The notes under the pieces were generated by a model that worked only from the letters and a program-made list of their open reading frames with translations, had not been told where the DNA came from and did not search any database. Shown one piece after another: positions 62,691-64,000 of a stretch of DNA of 64,000 nucleotides. Position 1 is the first letter of the stretch. Every line of letters begins with the position of its first letter. The stretch covers positions 866,064-930,063 of the forward strand of contig OY970074.1 in NCBI GenBank assembly GCA_963705365.1, given 5' to 3'. The stretch is from an uncultured Solirubrobacterales bacterium (GTDB lineage: Bacteria > Actinomycetota > Thermoleophilia > Solirubrobacterales > 70-9). The translations under genes were made by a program, and so were the position numbers.

Positions 62691-63449
62691 CTAAGCCAGG
62701 TTTGAGAGGGAGGCGGCTAGGGCGAAGCCTAGGACGGTGACGAGGCCGGCCGTTCGGCCGGCCTCGGCGCGGGCGTCGGGGATCATCGAGTCGATCAGCA
62801 TCGTCAGCAGGGCGCCCGCGGCGAAGCCGTCGATTGCGGCCTGCGCGTCGGTGCTGACGGTCTCCGCGGCGAGATAGCCGATCGCGGTGAAGAGCGTGCA
62901 GATCCCCGCGACGAGCAGCCAGAGACGCAGGATCGCCGAGCGGGACCTTCCCGCTTCGTGCATCTGCTCGGCCGAGCCCAGGGCCTCGGGTAGGTTCGAG
63001 ACGAAGATCGCGACCAAGAGGGCGACGCCGACGCCGTCTCCAGCCGCCAGGGTGATGCCGAGGACCAGCTGCTCGGGGATGCCGTCGAGAAATGCTCCCA
63101 GGGCGAGCGCGGTGCCGCCGTCGGAGCCGCCGGCTCGTCCGCGCCGGCCCCTGCCCGCGGAGTGGCGTTTGGCGATGGCGCCGTCAAGCATGAAGTAGGT
63201 GAGCGCGCCGACGCCGAGTCCGAGCCCGGTCACTCCCGCCCCGCCAAGCGCCAGGGCCTCCTCCGCAAGCTCGAAGCTGACGGCACTGATCAGCGCCCCG
63301 GCGCCGAAGGCGAGGACCAAACCGACCTGGCGCTTCGACCAGCGGTGGGCGAAGGCGAGGGCGGCGCCAAGTAGTAGGGAGCTCGCCGCCAGGGCGCCCC
63401 AGGCCAGTGCCGCAATCATCCACCTCAGCTTAGGAGGGTCGCGGCCCAC
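62691..63449 (-). CDS. ZIP family metal (zinc) transporter
   Basis: 252 aa, polytopic, with a Gly/Ala-rich TM pattern and an HxxxE-type motif (LPEALGSAEQMHEAG). Confidence 0.7.
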   Translation of the reverse strand: MGRDPPKLRWMIAALAWGALAASSLLLGAALAFAHRWSKRQVGLVLAFGAGALISAVSFELAEEALALGGAGVTGLGLGVGALTYFMLDGAIAKRHSAGRGRRGRAGGSDGGTALALGAFLDGIPEQLVLGITLAAGDGVGVALLVAIFVSNLPEALGSAEQMHEAGRSRSAILRLWLLVAGICTLFTAIGYLAAETVSTDAQAAIDGFAAGALLTMLIDSMIPDARAEAGRTAGLVTVLGFALAASLSNLA

Positions 63450-63467
63450 TCATACACTTGCCCGGCC

Positions 63468-64000
63468 ATGGCACTGGTCGTCAAGCTCGGTTCCTCCATC
63501 GTCGCCGCCGATGACGGCGAGCTGCGCACGGACGTGCTCGATTCCGTCTGCGCGCAGGTCAGCGAGCTCGAGCGCGGTGGCGAGCGGGTGGTGATGGTGA
63601 CCTCGGGCGCAATCGCGCGGGGAATGCGGCTGATGGGCCTGTCGAGGAGGCCGAAGGCGATGGACGAGCTGCAGGCGGCGTCCGCGGTTGGCCAGGGAGA
63701 CCTGTTCCGAGCCTATGAGAGTCGTCTGGCCGCGCACGGCACCCGGGCCGCTCAGGTGCTGCTGACCCGGGGGGACATCACGCGCCGATCTCATTACGTC
63801 AACGCACGCCGGACGCTGGAGCGTCTCATCAACTGGGGCGTCGTTCCCGTTCTGAACGAGAACGACACGACGGCCACCGACGAAATCAGCTTCGGGGACA
63901 ACGACTTCCTGGCCGCGCAGGTGGCAGTCCTGCTTCGAGCCCGTCTGCTCGTCCTGCTGACCAATACGGATGGCCTCTTCGCGACCGATCCGCGGCTGCA
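63468..64000 (+). CDS. proB: glutamate 5-kinase (3' end outside window)
   Basis: ATG 63468 gives MALVVKLGSSIV...VMVTSGAIARG...NENDTTATDEISFGDND. The frame is open to the window end. Confidence 0.9.
   Translation, partial: MALVVKLGSSIVAADDGELRTDVLDSVCAQVSELERGGERVVMVTSGAIARGMRLMGLSRRPKAMDELQAASAVGQGDLFRAYESRLAAHGTRAAQVLLTRGDITRRSHYVNARRTLERLINWGVVPVLNENDTTATDEISFGDNDFLAAQVAVLLRARLLVLLTNTDGLFATDPRL

Overview
High-GC (roughly 68-70%) actinobacterial-type chromosomal window. I found no rRNA, tRNA, CRISPR array, transposase or integrase. Positions 1-39,100 hold a mixed stress, repair and metabolism region. It includes DUF892 and ferritin-like proteins, a YihY/BrkB membrane protein, an S9 peptidase, an acyl-CoA dehydrogenase and a beta-carbonic anhydrase. 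It also holds a LigD-type ligase next to a UdgX-like glycosylase, and a LigD 3'-phosphoesterase fused to a degenerate ligase domain near topoisomerase IB. Further genes are a SigB-like sigma / anti-sigma / STAS module, a GH15 hydrolase, CtaG and a spermidine-synthase-like membrane protein. From 39,162 onward there is a conserved co-directional housekeeping array: tig, clpP, (M23 peptidase, 2 GNATs, coiled-coil protein), clpX, valS, folC, ndk, maf, mreBCD, mrdA, rodA, rne/rng, rplU, rpmA, (secreted YWTD propeller), obg, (ZIP transporter), proB. The most unusual signal is non-coding. Eight 116-153 nt nested-hairpin intergenic elements fall into three families. Each has a long outer stem (21-30 bp and perfect or with a single mismatch in seven copies, imperfect in copy C) whose sequence differs in every copy. 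That stem encloses a conserved core. Family 1 shows compensatory base-pair changes in every helix, which suggests a structured RNA or ssDNA element. Seven of the eight copies lie in spacers of the housekeeping array. Other notable points are below. (1) Four genes (rplU, obg, a PfpI/DJ-1 gene, a HAD gene) are each interrupted by an apparent single-base insertion, three of them at a GAGCTC hexamer. (2) Three genes (clpX, M23 peptidase, spermidine-synthase-like) have conserved N-termini reachable only from CTG, or a rarer, start codon. (3) The many long opposite-strand ORFs in the track are GC-rich shadow frames and are not called.
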